The notes under the pieces: model-generated | What the model saw: only the letters and a program-made list of their open reading frames with translations | What the model was told of the DNA's origin: nothing | The model's database searches: none | Translations under genes and position numbers: made by a program | NCBI GenBank assembly: GCA_049517435.1 | Contig: JBEKRZ010000002.1 | Span: forward strand, 77,659-141,658 | Reading direction: 5' to 3' | Source of the DNA: Smithella sp. | GTDB taxonomy: Bacteria > Desulfobacterota > Syntrophia > Syntrophales > Smithellaceae | Length of the DNA: 64,000 nucleotides | Shown: piece by piece, positions 39,475-50,084 of the stretch | Position numbering within the stretch: position 1 is the first letter of the stretch | Layout: each line of letters begins with the position of its first letter

Positions 39475-40569
39475 ATGATTCCAATGGTGGATTTAAAAAG
39501 GCAGTACTATAATCTGAAAAATGAAATTGATGCCGCGGTTAGCGACGTTTTAGAACAAACACATTTTATTCTCGGGCCTAATGTCAGCGCCTTGGAAGAA
39601 GAAGTTGCCGCCTACCACGGTTTACCGTATGCTATCGGAGTTGCCAACGGTACGGACGCTTTGCTGTTAGCGTTGCGTGCTTGTGGTATTCAGGCTGGCG
39701 ATGAGGTGATCACTACTTCTTTTACCTTTATTGCCACGGCGGAAGTAATCGCCCTTTTAAAGGCAACTCCCGTTTTTGTGGATATTTCTCCCGATACTTT
39801 TAACCTCGATTGCAACCAAATTGCCGATAAAATAACGGTTAAAACAAAGGCAATTATTCCGGTGCATTTATTCGGCCATCCTGCCGACATGACGCCTATT
39901 ATGGAAATAGCTCGAAAGCACAATTTAAAAGTGATTGAGGATTGCGCGCAGGCTTTTGGCGCGAGATACAATGGCAGGAAAGTGGGCACAATTGGCGATG
40001 TCGGCTGTTTCAGTTTTTTCCCGAGTAAAAATCTTGCTGGTTATGGCGACGGCGGAATGGTCATCACGAAAAGCGAAGAAATAGCCCGGCAAGTAAAAAT
40101 GTTGCGTAATCATGGCAGCTCGAAGCGTTACTATCATCAGGAAGTCGGCTACAACAGCCGCCTTGATGAAATTCAGGCATCCATTATTCGCGTTAAACTT
40201 AAAAAAATAGATCAGTTTAACGCGGCACGCCGTCAGAATGCGGCGGCTTATTGTTCAGCCATTAAAAATAAAGATATAGTATTGCCTGCCGTAACTTCCG
40301 GTTGTGAACATGCTTATCATCAATTTACTATTCGCGCGAAAAATCGTGATGTTCTGGCCGACGCTCTTCAAAAAAAAGATATCGCTTCCGCTGTTTATTA
40401 TCCGGTTCCTCTGCACCAGCAGGAAGTTTTTCTTAAGTTGTATAATATTTCAGTAAAACTGCCACAAAGCGAAAAATGCGCACGGGAAGTCCTTTCCCTG
40501 CCGATGTTTCCGGAATTGAACCAGGAAGAAATCAGGCTCATTGCCGACGTGATTAATCATGCCTCTTGA
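39475..40569 (+). CDS. gnnB: DegT/DnrJ/EryC1-family aminotransferase, GnnB-like by context
   Basis: The 364-aa product contains FILGPNVSALEEEVAAYHG, GTDALLLAL and FSFFPSKNLAGYGDGG (PLP-Lys region). Placement in the lpx cluster suggests UDP-3-keto-GlcNAc transamination. Confidence 0.65.
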   Translation: MIPMVDLKRQYYNLKNEIDAAVSDVLEQTHFILGPNVSALEEEVAAYHGLPYAIGVANGTDALLLALRACGIQAGDEVITTSFTFIATAEVIALLKATPVFVDISPDTFNLDCNQIADKITVKTKAIIPVHLFGHPADMTPIMEIARKHNLKVIEDCAQAFGARYNGRKVGTIGDVGCFSFFPSKNLAGYGDGGMVITKSEEIARQVKMLRNHGSSKRYYHQEVGYNSRLDEIQASIIRVKLKKIDQFNAARRQNAAAYCSAIKNKDIVLPAVTSGCEHAYHQFTIRAKNRDVLADALQKKDIASAVYYPVPLHQQEVFLKLYNISVKLPQSEKCAREVLSLPMFPELNQEEIRLIADVINHAS

Positions 40570-41740
40570 TGAAAAAAATCCAATCCCGTTAATAAACGCT
40601 GTGCATAAAAAAAACAAAACAATAATGATCGTTGCCGGTGAGGCTTCCGGTGATATGCACGGTGCCAATCTCGTCAGGGAAATGTTAAAAATAAACCCGG
40701 CACTGAATTTTTACGGCATCGGCGGTAACAAGTTGCGGGAAGAAAGAGTTGAACTTCTTGCCAATGCTTCCGACATGGCTGTTGTCGGTTTGACCGAAGT
40801 TATTTCCAAATTAGGAAGTATTTTAAAAATAATGAAGATGATGAAAAGATCATTAGATGATCGCCGGCCGGATCTTGTAATTTTAATTGATTATCCCGAT
40901 TTCAATATCCCTTTAGCTAAAGCCGCTAAAAAAAGAGGAATAAAAGTTTTCTACTATATAAGCCCGCAGGTTTGGGCTTGGCGCAAAGGCAGAATCGGAC
41001 AAATTAAAAAAACAGTGAACAAAATGGCGGTAATACTGCCTTTTGAAGTAGATACTTACGGCCGGGAGGGTTTTGTGGTAAATTATGTAGGTCATCCTTT
41101 GCTGGATATGGTGAAACTGAATTATTCAAAACAGGAATCGAGAAAAAAATTCGGTCTTGCCGAAAATAAAATCACTGTTGGGATTTTGCCCGGCAGCAGG
41201 CTTTCGGAAGTAGAAAAACTAATGCCGGAACTGCTGCAGGCGTCGGAAATCTTGGCGCAAAGAATGCCGGATATACAATTTATTTTACCGCTGGCCGATA
41301 CGCTCGAAGAAAAAATAATAACTGAAATTATTTCCAGATTTACAGTAAAAGTACAAGTAATTGCCGGTCATACATACGATGTTATATCCTGTGCTGATCT
41401 GGCTTTGGTTGCTTCGGGAACAGCGACACTCGAAACTGCTCTTTTGGGAATTCCCATGATTATCGTCTATAAAATTTCTCTCCTTTCTTACATTATTGGC
41501 AGATTAATCGTTGACGTAAAAAACATCGGGCTTGTAAATATTGTTGCCGGAAAAACCATTGTTCCGGAACTGATTCAAAGTAACGCCAGCAGTAAACGTA
41601 TTGCTGAAGAGGCTTTGGCGATTTTAACAAATGGAGAAAAGAAACAGGAAATTATAAAAGAATTGGAAGCAATTCGGGCCAAACTGGGCGAACCCGGCGC
41701 AGCAATAAGAGCTGCGCAAATTGCTTGTGATATGGTATAG
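40559..41740 (+). CDS. lpxB: lipid-A-disaccharide synthase
   Basis: Motifs present are IMIVAGEASGDMHGANL, DYPDFNIPLAK, YYISPQVWAWRKGR, LPGSR and ASGTATLE. The true start may be the internal ATG near 40625. Confidence 0.9.
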   Translation: MPLDEKNPIPLINAVHKKNKTIMIVAGEASGDMHGANLVREMLKINPALNFYGIGGNKLREERVELLANASDMAVVGLTEVISKLGSILKIMKMMKRSLDDRRPDLVILIDYPDFNIPLAKAAKKRGIKVFYYISPQVWAWRKGRIGQIKKTVNKMAVILPFEVDTYGREGFVVNYVGHPLLDMVKLNYSKQESRKKFGLAENKITVGILPGSRLSEVEKLMPELLQASEILAQRMPDIQFILPLADTLEEKIITEIISRFTVKVQVIAGHTYDVISCADLALVASGTATLETALLGIPMIIVYKISLLSYIIGRLIVDVKNIGLVNIVAGKTIVPELIQSNASSKRIAEEALAILTNGEKKQEIIKELEAIRAKLGEPGAAIRAAQIACDMV

Positions 41741-41748
41741 GAACCACT

Positions 41749-43512
41749 ATGGAAACTTTTAAAAGATTGTTGCTTATGGCCAAGCAATATTATGTGCGCT
41801 TTATCTTTGCTGCGATTTGCATGATAATTGCTGGAGGTTTGCAATCCGCTCTGCCGCTGATTTCCAAACCGGCCATTGACGAAATATTTGTAAGTAAAAA
41901 TATTGCCGCGCTGAAATGGATTCCCTTTGCGGTAATAGCAATTTTCCTGTTTAAAGGATTGTGCAATTATGGACAGGCCATTTTGATGAGTTCCATAGGA
42001 TTGCGCATTGTTACGGATTTACGCAATAAACTCTACGAACAAATTCAGAAACAATCTCTATCTTTTTTTGCCGAACATCCCACCGGATTGCTGATGTCAC
42101 GGATTACCAATGATGTTCAGTCCGTTCAAACCGCTTCAGCGGAGGCAATAACAGCATTAGTCAAAGACAGCTTTATGCTAATATCATTAGTGGGGGTTAT
42201 TTTCTATACCGACTGGAAACTGGCGCTTATCGCGATAGTCGTCTTTCCGCTGACTATTTATCCGATTGCCATGTTTGGCAGAAAAATGCGCAAGGTGACA
42301 ACCTCCACGCAAATCACCATGGGAACATTGAATTCCCTTTTGCAGGAAACCATTTCCGGAACACGCATTGTCAAAGCATTCGGCATGGAAAAATACGAAA
42401 GTAAAAGATTCGCCGCGGAAAACGAGAGGCTGTTTAAATATTACATGAAATCTGTTTCTGTAAACGCCATTTCTAGCCCCTTAATGGATTTTCTGGGCGG
42501 ATTGGGGATTGCCGCCGTCATTTTTTACGGCGGCTATAATGTTGTTCATGGCCATTCCACCCCTGGCACTTTCTTTTCTTTTATTGCTGCGCTATTGATG
42601 CTTTATGAACCGGTTAAACGGCTTACCAATATCAATAACACCATCAATCAAGGCATTGCCGGTGCGGACCGTATTTTCAGCATCATTGACCTAACTCCAG
42701 ATATTGAAGATAAGCCCGGTGCCATAAATCTTCCACCCATTAATCGCGGTATCGATATCGATAATGTTACGTTCTGCTATGAAAAAATACCAGTATTGAA
42801 AAATATAAATCTTTCCATTAAAGCCGGCGAGGTTATCGCGTTTGTAGGAATGAGCGGAGGAGGAAAAACATCGTTGGTTAATCTGATACCAAGATTTTAT
42901 GATGTCAACGAAGGCCGTATATTGATTGACGGCCATGATATCAGGAACGTCTCTCTGCAATCACTGCGCAAGCAGATCGCCATAGTGACGCAGCAAACGA
43001 TACTTTTTAATGATACGGTAAGAAATAATATTGCCTATGGTGATATCGAAAGAACTGAAGATGATATCATTAACGCGGCTGAAGCAGCCAACGCTCATGA
43101 TTTCATCGTGAAACTGCCTAAAGGATATGACAGCAATATCGGTGAATTGGGCACCAAACTCTCCGGAGGAGAAAAACAACGCATTTCCATTGCCCGGGCA
43201 CTGCTAAAAAACGCACCCATTTTAATTCTTGATGAAGCAACTTCATCGCTGGATACGGAAGCGGAAATTGAAGTGCAGGATGCTTTGGATAATCTCATGA
43301 AAGGCCGCACCACTCTGGTTATAGCGCACAGGCTTTCCACGATTCGCAATGCCGATAGAATTATTGCGTTAGTTAATGGAGAAATTGTTGAAGAAGGCGA
43401 CCACGAAACGTTGCTTAAGAAAAAGGGCGAATATTTCCGTCTCTATAATTTGCAGTTCAAAGATGAAGAAAGTGATGGGAAAAATGATCGATTGGCAAAG
43501 GATATGGGATGA
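41749..43512 (+). CDS. msbA: lipid A export ABC transporter (fused permease and ATPase)
   Basis: The 587-aa product has a six-TM exporter domain and an NBD (GMSGGGKTS, LSGGEKQRISIARA, ILILDEATSSLD). It lies in the lpx cluster. Confidence 0.85.
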   Translation: METFKRLLLMAKQYYVRFIFAAICMIIAGGLQSALPLISKPAIDEIFVSKNIAALKWIPFAVIAIFLFKGLCNYGQAILMSSIGLRIVTDLRNKLYEQIQKQSLSFFAEHPTGLLMSRITNDVQSVQTASAEAITALVKDSFMLISLVGVIFYTDWKLALIAIVVFPLTIYPIAMFGRKMRKVTTSTQITMGTLNSLLQETISGTRIVKAFGMEKYESKRFAAENERLFKYYMKSVSVNAISSPLMDFLGGLGIAAVIFYGGYNVVHGHSTPGTFFSFIAALLMLYEPVKRLTNINNTINQGIAGADRIFSIIDLTPDIEDKPGAINLPPINRGIDIDNVTFCYEKIPVLKNINLSIKAGEVIAFVGMSGGGKTSLVNLIPRFYDVNEGRILIDGHDIRNVSLQSLRKQIAIVTQQTILFNDTVRNNIAYGDIERTEDDIINAAEAANAHDFIVKLPKGYDSNIGELGTKLSGGEKQRISIARALLKNAPILILDEATSSLDTEAEIEVQDALDNLMKGRTTLVIAHRLSTIRNADRIIALVNGEIVEEGDHETLLKKKGEYFRLYNLQFKDEESDGKNDRLAKDMG

Positions 43513-44575
43513 TGACGGAATAACCGGTTGTTACAGCCCTGTCAAAATAATCGCATATGCCCCCTCTTTTTTTTATTGCCTTATTATCAATTTTCGCAAT
43601 TGGCTGTACGATCACAAGATATTTAAAGAGATAAAACTTCCTTGTCCTGTAATTAGCGTCGGCAATATCACCGTAGGAGGCACAGGCAAGACTCCCTGCG
43701 TAATTATGCTGGCTCAAATGCTGCAGGAAAACGGTTTTAAGCCGGCAATTCTCAGCCGGGGATATGGCGGCGAGAGAGTCAATTCAGTTAATATTGTATC
43801 GGATGGCTGCGAAATTTTACTCGACAGTAAAATTGCCGGAGATGAACCTTATTTGATTGCTAAAGAACTAAAAAATGTTCCCGTGATTACCGGAGCCAAA
43901 AGAATTGTTACTGGAAAAACAGCCATTCGTCAATTCGGAGCAAATGTGCTCATTTGTGACGATGCCATGCAACACCGGCAAATTTTCAGAGGTATTAATT
44001 TAGTTTTATTAGATAGCCAAAGCTTACAGGGAAACAATCAGATTCTTCCGCGGGGAAGATTGCGAGAACCAATATCGGAACTAAAACGTGCCAGCGCTAT
44101 TGTGCTCACGCGTGCCAATGAAGCACGACAGACAAACGACCAGATCGAAAAATTAGTCCAGACTGAAAATATTCCCATTTTCAGGAGTATTCATAAACCG
44201 AAGGATATCGTAAAGGGAGATTACAGCGCGCAAAATTCGATTTCCATTATTGCGGGGAAAAGGGTTTGCGCGTTTTGCGGAATTGCTAATCCTGATTCAT
44301 TTAGAAAAACTTTATCGGATGCCCAAGCGCAAGTCTTGTCATTCGATATTTTCCCCGATCACCACCGCTACAATAAAAACGAATTGGAAAAAATCAAAGC
44401 CAGATTTATTGATTGCCACGCTGATTTTCTGATTTCAACTCAAAAAGATGGCACGCGCCTCCAGGAATTCCCCGAATTTTTATACATAATTTACATGTTG
44501 CGTATTGAGCTGGAAATTGTTCCATCCAGAGAATCATTCAAAAAATTTATATTGGACCGGCTCGCGGCAGCGTGA
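43475..44575 (+). CDS. lpxK: tetraacyldisaccharide 4'-kinase
   Basis: It has the P-loop VISVGNITVGGTGKTP and the motifs ILSRGYGG and DDAMQH. The ORF extends to 43376 but overlaps the msbA 3' end, so the start is probably one of the ATGs at 43463-43484. Confidence 0.88.
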   Translation: MGKMIDWQRIWDDDGITGCYSPVKIIAYAPSFFYCLIINFRNWLYDHKIFKEIKLPCPVISVGNITVGGTGKTPCVIMLAQMLQENGFKPAILSRGYGGERVNSVNIVSDGCEILLDSKIAGDEPYLIAKELKNVPVITGAKRIVTGKTAIRQFGANVLICDDAMQHRQIFRGINLVLLDSQSLQGNNQILPRGRLREPISELKRASAIVLTRANEARQTNDQIEKLVQTENIPIFRSIHKPKDIVKGDYSAQNSISIIAGKRVCAFCGIANPDSFRKTLSDAQAQVLSFDIFPDHHRYNKNELEKIKARFIDCHADFLISTQKDGTRLQEFPEFLYIIYMLRIELEIVPSRESFKKFILDRLAAA

Positions 44576-44603
44576 AAAATAAGCTGAATACAAGGATGTA
44601 CGC

Positions 44604-45479
44604 GTGAAAGAAAGATTAATAATGAATTTATTAAGACACATCCCCTTGGGCATAAGAAGGATATTTGCCATTTTTATTGCCAAGCTGTCTTACCATCTTT
44701 CTCTGAAACATCGGCTTATCGCCATTCATAATTTAATGCGTTCCTTTCCCGATAAGCCGCTAAAGGAAATTATCAGGCTGGCGAAAAAGTCATATATAAG
44801 CGCTACCCTTGTTGTCGTCGAATTTTTGGATATTCCATATTTGAACAAAGATAATTTGCACCAATGGATTAGCATTGAGGGCCTGGAAAATTACAAAGAG
44901 GCCGAGCAGGAAGGAAAAGGAGTGTTGATTTTCAGTGCTCATTTCGGCAATTGGGAAATAGGTAATGCGGCTTTGGCGATAATGACGCAGCCATTTGTTT
45001 TTATTTACCGTGTTTTTGATAGCCCTCTGTTAGAAAGGACCATTACCGGTGTCCGCGCCTCTTATGGCAACGTTTCGCTTTCTAAATATAATGCCATGCG
45101 ACCGATGATTCGCTTGTTGAAAAATGGTGCCACAATTAATCTTCTCATTGATCAAAACGTCACTTGGTATGAGGGTGTGTTTGTTGTCTTTTTTGGCCGA
45201 AAAGCTTGTACAACGCCTGGTCTGGCTCTGCTGACCCTGTATACAAAAGCGCCGGTGCTGCCCGTTTTTACCCGTCGCCTACCTAATGGTAAATATTTGC
45301 TGGAGATTGGTAAAAAAGTTGAAATTGTAAGTTCCGGAAATCGTGATGCTGATGTATTAATCAATACGCAGAATTTCACTAAGATTATTGAAGAAAAAAT
45401 TCGTCAATATCCCGAACAATGGCTATGGTTTCATCAACGCTGGAAGACAAATATATGTCAGATAAAACAAAAAGGATAA
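44604..45479 (+). CDS. lipid A biosynthesis (lauroyl/myristoyl) acyltransferase family protein, LpxL/HtrB-like
   Basis: The 291-aa product has an N-terminal TM segment, the HX4(D/E) motif in FSAHFGNWE, and C-terminal YPEQWLWFHQRWK. Confidence 0.8.
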   Translation: MKERLIMNLLRHIPLGIRRIFAIFIAKLSYHLSLKHRLIAIHNLMRSFPDKPLKEIIRLAKKSYISATLVVVEFLDIPYLNKDNLHQWISIEGLENYKEAEQEGKGVLIFSAHFGNWEIGNAALAIMTQPFVFIYRVFDSPLLERTITGVRASYGNVSLSKYNAMRPMIRLLKNGATINLLIDQNVTWYEGVFVVFFGRKACTTPGLALLTLYTKAPVLPVFTRRLPNGKYLLEIGKKVEIVSSGNRDADVLINTQNFTKIIEEKIRQYPEQWLWFHQRWKTNICQIKQKG

Positions 45480-45483
45480 CCAA

Positions 45484-46527
45484 TTGAAACCTGGAAATAT
45501 CAAAAAAATGCCGCGTGAAGGTATGAATAAAATTTTGATTCGCGGCACCAACTGGATTGGCGATGCCATCTTAACATTGCCGGCAGTGGCCTCTATCCGC
45601 GCCACTTACCAGCAAGCACACATTGCCATGCTCGTGAAACCATGGGTGTCTGATATTTACAAAATTTTCTCCGACGTAGATGAAATAATCATCTATGAAA
45701 ATAAATTTGATACTCCTGCCGGAGTCTTTCGCCTTGCCCGAATGCTCAAGGAAAAAAAATTTGACGCGGCGATACTTTTACAAAACGCCATAGAAGCTGC
45801 GATTATCGCCCTTGCGGCAGGAATTCCCCTGCGCGCCGGATATGACTCAGATGCCCGCGGTCTTCTGCTAACCCATCGCGTGCGCCGCACTGAAGAAATA
45901 CGAAAAGTTCACCAAATTGATTATTATCTGGAAATGGTCAAGACTTTGGGTTGTGTTTCCGTTGATCGTGAAATGTATCTGGAAGCAAAATTAAATCCTT
46001 TAGACGCCCGGGATATTTTGAGGAAATTTGTACCCGAAACAAAGAAGACTATAATCGGCATCGCTCCCGGAGCCACTTATGGTCCGGCTAAAAGATGGTT
46101 TCCCGATAGATTTGCCGCGGTAGCTGATAAACTAGATGAAAAATTTTCTACGCAGGGAATTTTGCTGGGCGGTAAATCCGATTGGGAAGTGGCGCAGAAA
46201 GTCCAAAAGCTGGCGCATACCGAATTAATTAATCTCGCCGGGAAAACAACTTTGCGGGAAGCAATTTATTTAATTTTCCAATGCCGTTTATTTATCAGCA
46301 ATGATTCCGGGTTAATGCATATAGCCGGCGCGTTGAACATTCCGACCATTGCGCTTTTTGGCTCAACTAATCCTGTTACCACCGCGCCGGCGGGAAACAA
46401 ATCCATCATCGTTCGCCGGGAAGTATCCTGCAGCCCTTGCTTGAAGGAAACATGCCCGACGGATTTTCGTTGCATGAAGCTGATTTCTGTGGAAGATGTT
46501 TTTGCGGCAGCTCAGAATTTATTGTGA
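45484..46527 (+). CDS. waaF: ADP-heptose--LPS heptosyltransferase (GT9), WaaF-like
   Basis: GT9 hallmarks are ILIRGTNWIGDAILTLPA, GATYGPAKRW and NDSGLMHIAGALNIPTIALFGSTNP. Assignment as WaaF rather than WaaC is tentative. Confidence 0.75.
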   Translation: MKPGNIKKMPREGMNKILIRGTNWIGDAILTLPAVASIRATYQQAHIAMLVKPWVSDIYKIFSDVDEIIIYENKFDTPAGVFRLARMLKEKKFDAAILLQNAIEAAIIALAAGIPLRAGYDSDARGLLLTHRVRRTEEIRKVHQIDYYLEMVKTLGCVSVDREMYLEAKLNPLDARDILRKFVPETKKTIIGIAPGATYGPAKRWFPDRFAAVADKLDEKFSTQGILLGGKSDWEVAQKVQKLAHTELINLAGKTTLREAIYLIFQCRLFISNDSGLMHIAGALNIPTIALFGSTNPVTTAPAGNKSIIVRREVSCSPCLKETCPTDFRCMKLISVEDVFAAAQNLL

Positions 46528-46547
46528 AATGGCCGGAGTAAAAATCA

Positions 46548-47135
46548 ATGAAGAAAAATACGGCTGTTTTTCTGGACAGAGACGGAACAATTAATGAAGA
46601 AGTCGGTTATCTGGATAGTTTAGATAAATTCAAGATAATCCCCGGCGCTTATGAAGCTATTAGATTGATTAATGAAAGTGGAATGAAAGTGGTGGTCATT
46701 TCCAATCAGGCCGGGGTGGCCAGAGGATTATTTACAGAAGACTTTGTAAAAATAACCCATGAGTATCTGCAAAACGCTCTGCGTAAAAGAGGAGCATACA
46801 TAGATAATTTCTATTACTGTCCGCATCATCCCACGGAAGGAATAGAGCTTTACAGGCAAGTTTGTAACTGTCGTAAACCGGCTCCTGGTATGTTGCTGCA
46901 GGCGGCTCAAGATTTGAATATCGATTTTAAAAGATCTTATCTGGTGGGCGATAGATTTAACGATATGGAAGCGGGCAAAAAAATTGGAGTCCGGGGGATT
47001 TTAGTAAAAACAGGATTCGGTCAAAGTTTGTTACAGGATGATGGTCCTGATGAGGCAACACCGGAGAATAAACCGGATTTTATTGCCGCAGATATTCTGG
47101 AAGCTGTAAAATTGATATTAAAGGACAAAGAGTGA
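46548..47135 (+). CDS. gmhB: D-glycero-beta-D-manno-heptose-1,7-bisphosphate 7-phosphatase
   Basis: It has the HAD-IIIA motifs FLDRDGTIN and SNQAGVARG, the Zn-finger-like CPHHP...CNCRKP, and GDRFNDMEAG. Confidence 0.88.
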   Translation: MKKNTAVFLDRDGTINEEVGYLDSLDKFKIIPGAYEAIRLINESGMKVVVISNQAGVARGLFTEDFVKITHEYLQNALRKRGAYIDNFYYCPHHPTEGIELYRQVCNCRKPAPGMLLQAAQDLNIDFKRSYLVGDRFNDMEAGKKIGVRGILVKTGFGQSLLQDDGPDEATPENKPDFIAADILEAVKLILKDKE

Positions 47136-48172
47136 ATATACTAATCGTAAAACTCAGCGCGATAGGTGATGTGATTCATACCCTGCCTTCTTTGGCAGCG
47201 TTAAGAAAAGCTTATCCCGATGCTAATATATCATGGGTTGTTGAAGAGACAGCAGCTCCAATTGTCAAAGGAAATCCTTATATTGATACTCTGATCATTT
47301 CTCGCAGGAAAACATGGTCTGAAAACCTAAAAAAAAGAAAGCATATGGGTGAAACGCTCAAAGAAATAAAAATGTTCATCAAAAAATTAAGACAACGGCC
47401 TTATGATATTGTTATAGACTTCAATGGTCTTTTAAAAAGTGCCATTCTTGTTTTTATCAGCGGTTCACAAAGAAAGATAGGCTATAATAGTTTTCAGGAA
47501 TTAAGCGGTTTGTTTTACAATGAAAAAATATATGAAAACATGAATATACATGCCGTAGATCGCTACCTTGATTTCGTTCGCTATCTTGGCATAGCGTGTG
47601 ACAATCCGGAATTTTATTTACCTGTTTCTCCCGCAGACGTAGAAGCTGTTGATACATTGCTTTCAAATTCAGATATTTCCAGGGATAAGAAATTCATCGC
47701 TATTAGTCCCATGTCTTTTGCTGGCGAAACCAGGCTTTGGTATGAAGACAGATTTGCTGCTCTGGCCGATAGGATCATTAGCGAATTAAAGACGGAGGTT
47801 GTTTTTACCGGTAACGGAAGCGGCGGCATGATTGATCGAATCCAATCAATGATGACAAATAAGGCTCTTAATCTGGAAGGAAAGACATCTCTGCTTGAAC
47901 TTGCTCATCTATATAAACGAGCAGAGCTTTTGATTACACCTGATTCCGGACCTATGCATATTGCTGCTGCGGTAGGAACACCAGTAATTGCTTTATTCGG
48001 TCCTTCTGCATACTGGCGAACAGGGCCTTATGGACAGGGTCACACTATAATCAGAACAAATCTTCCCTGTAGTCCGTGCTTTTTAAAAAAATGCTCGACA
48101 AGAAAATGCATGGCGGATATTTTACCCCAGCAGGTTTTTACCGCAGTGGAAGAAAAACTAACAAAGGAGTGA
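47132..48172 (+). CDS. glycosyltransferase family 9 (heptosyltransferase, WaaC-like)
   Basis: Motifs are ILIVKLSAIGDVIHTLPS and PDSGPMHIAAAVGTPVIALFGPS. Its start overlaps the gmhB stop by 4 nt. Confidence 0.75.
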   Translation: MNILIVKLSAIGDVIHTLPSLAALRKAYPDANISWVVEETAAPIVKGNPYIDTLIISRRKTWSENLKKRKHMGETLKEIKMFIKKLRQRPYDIVIDFNGLLKSAILVFISGSQRKIGYNSFQELSGLFYNEKIYENMNIHAVDRYLDFVRYLGIACDNPEFYLPVSPADVEAVDTLLSNSDISRDKKFIAISPMSFAGETRLWYEDRFAALADRIISELKTEVVFTGNGSGGMIDRIQSMMTNKALNLEGKTSLLELAHLYKRAELLITPDSGPMHIAAAVGTPVIALFGPSAYWRTGPYGQGHTIIRTNLPCSPCFLKKCSTRKCMADILPQQVFTAVEEKLTKE

Positions 48173-48175
48173 AGA

Positions 48176-48346
48176 ATGCCTTTAAATAAACAACTATTGG
48201 AAATTTTAATCTGTCCGCAATGTCATGGGAAAGTTCACTTCGACGAAAAACTGAGCGGTATTATTTGCGATCAGTGTAAATTACTCTACGAAGTAAAAGA
48301 TGATATTCCCGTCATGTTGGTGGAAGAGGCCAAAAAGCTTTCGTGA
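48176..48346 (+). CDS. Trm112/YcaR-family small zinc-ribbon protein (UPF0434)
   Basis: This 56-aa ORF is absent from the ORF track. It reads MPLNKQLLEILICPQCHGKVHFDEKLSGIICDQCKLLYEVKDDIPVMLVEEAKKLS, the typical LLxILxCPxC...LxCxxCxxxYPIxDGIPVML pattern. An RBS AAGGAG lies upstream. Confidence 0.8.
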   Translation: MPLNKQLLEILICPQCHGKVHFDEKLSGIICDQCKLLYEVKDDIPVMLVEEAKKLS

Positions 48347-48423
48347 TATGCAAACATGATAGCTCTGTCTATGGTAGATAAACCATATAGATTATGCGCT
48401 TCTAACAGAGATAATAAAATTGC

Positions 48424-48452
48424 TTGACAGTCGCTATGGATTAATATAGAAT
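48424..48452 (+). promoter_or_regulatory. sigma-70-type promoter candidate for rho, implying a leader of about 200 nt
   Basis: TTGACA (48424-48429), a 17-nt spacer and TAGAAT (48447-48452). Confidence 0.5.
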
Positions 48453-48661
48453 TTTACCAAATCAGTAAAAGGCTTTTTAGCCCTACCCTTTGGAGCGTTT
48501 CAAGTATTCAAATATACAAACCGAGATTTAATCCGTAACTACTAAAAAATCGTGACTACCTTTTTTTGTTTCTAAAATAATGCGGTAAAAAACGACGGTA
48601 AATATAATATTCGGATAACGTTTTACGTTACCCGGTTAGAATTTAAAGCAAGGAAATATTT

Positions 48662-49909
48662 ATGAACATTGAAGATATTAAACGATTGCCTATCAGCGAA
48701 CTCAATGACTTAGCCAAGAAATTAGAAGTTCCGGGCGCCAGTGGGATGCGCCGTCAGGATTTGATTTTCGCTATTTTGCAGACGCAGGCGGAGCAAAATG
48801 GCGTGATTTCCGGCTCGGGAGTATTGGAAATTTTGCCAGACGGTTTTGGATTTTTACGCGCCGTGGATTACAACTACCTGCCCAGCCCGGATGACATTTA
48901 CATTTCACCATCGCAGATCAGAAGATTTAATTTAAAAACCGGTGACACAATTTCCGGTGAGGTTCGCCCCCCCAAAGAAGGGGAAAAATATTTTGCCCTT
49001 TTGAAAGTTGACACCGTAAATCTGGAAAGTCCCGAACAAGCCCGCGACAAAATCCTTTTTGATAACCTGACTCCTCTTTATCCTTTGGAAAAATTAAATC
49101 TGGAACATGATCCTAAAAATTATTCCACCAGAACTTTGGATTTGTTCGCGCCGATTGGCAAAGGACAGCGTGGATTGATTGTTTCTCCGCCGCGTGCCGG
49201 TAAAACAGTTCTTTTGCAGGACATTGCTCACAGTATTTCAGCAAATCATCCCGAAGTGGTTTTGATGGTGCTTTTGATTGACGAACGGCCGGAAGAAGTA
49301 ACCGATATGCAGCGTAGCGTTGCCGGTGAAGTAATTGCTTCTACATTTGACGAACCGGCTTCCTTTCATGTGCAGGTGGCGGAAATGGTTATTGAAAAGG
49401 CCAAGCGCCTAGTTGAACATAAAAAAGACGTGGTCATTTTACTCGACAGTATCACTCGTTTGGCGCGAGCATACAACACTGTTGTTCCGCCCAGCGGAAA
49501 AGTTCTTTCCGGTGGTGTCGATTCCAACGCTCTGCACAAGCCGAAACGTTTCTTCGGTGCGGCCAGAAATATTGAGAATGGCGGCAGCTTGACGATAATT
49601 TCCACCGCTTTGATTGATACCGGAAGCAGAATGGATGAAGTCATTTTTGAAGAATTCAAGGGAACTGGCAATATGGAACTGCATTTAGACCGCCGCATCG
49701 CTGATCGCAGGGTATTTCCCGCTTTCGACTTAATCCGTTCCGGAACCAGAAAGGAAGAATTGCTGATTCCTAAAAACAATCTTAATCGAGTATGGATATT
49801 GCGCCGGTTGCTCCAGGAAATGAATCCCGTTGACGCCATGGAATTTATCATCGGCAAAATTAAAAAGACAGAAACTAATCAGGAATTTTTGGATTCAATG
49901 AACGCATAA
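48662..49909 (+). CDS. rho: transcription termination factor Rho
   Basis: The 415-aa product has the N-terminal insertion/RNA-binding domain ([14 protein letters not shown]), Walker A PPRAGKT and LIDERPEEV. Confidence 0.97.
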   Translation: MNIEDIKRLPISELNDLAKKLEVPGASGMRRQDLIFAILQTQAEQNGVISGSGVLEILPDGFGFLRAVDYNYLPSPDDIYISPSQIRRFNLKTGDTISGEVRPPKEGEKYFALLKVDTVNLESPEQARDKILFDNLTPLYPLEKLNLEHDPKNYSTRTLDLFAPIGKGQRGLIVSPPRAGKTVLLQDIAHSISANHPEVVLMVLLIDERPEEVTDMQRSVAGEVIASTFDEPASFHVQVAEMVIEKAKRLVEHKKDVVILLDSITRLARAYNTVVPPSGKVLSGGVDSNALHKPKRFFGAARNIENGGSLTIISTALIDTGSRMDEVIFEEFKGTGNMELHLDRRIADRRVFPAFDLIRSGTRKEELLIPKNNLNRVWILRRLLQEMNPVDAMEFIIGKIKKTETNQEFLDSMNA

Positions 49910-50084
49910 ACGTAGAGGGGCTGGATTTGCATTTTAAATGCTTATAATTACCCAACCAGAAATTCTACACTAATTTTCTTGAATTTTTGTCGCATATATT
50001 GTAAGGCATGCGAACACTTTAAATAAAGTAAAAAACATCAATAATTAATTGTAGATAAACACCAGGGAGGAAAAGAAAGAAGAC

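Noticed and set aside
43376-43474. N-terminal extension of the lpxK ORF (MEKLLKKATTKRCLRKRANIS...).
   Set aside because: It overlaps the 3' end of msbA in another frame. The conserved LpxK sequence begins after the ATG cluster at 43463-43484.
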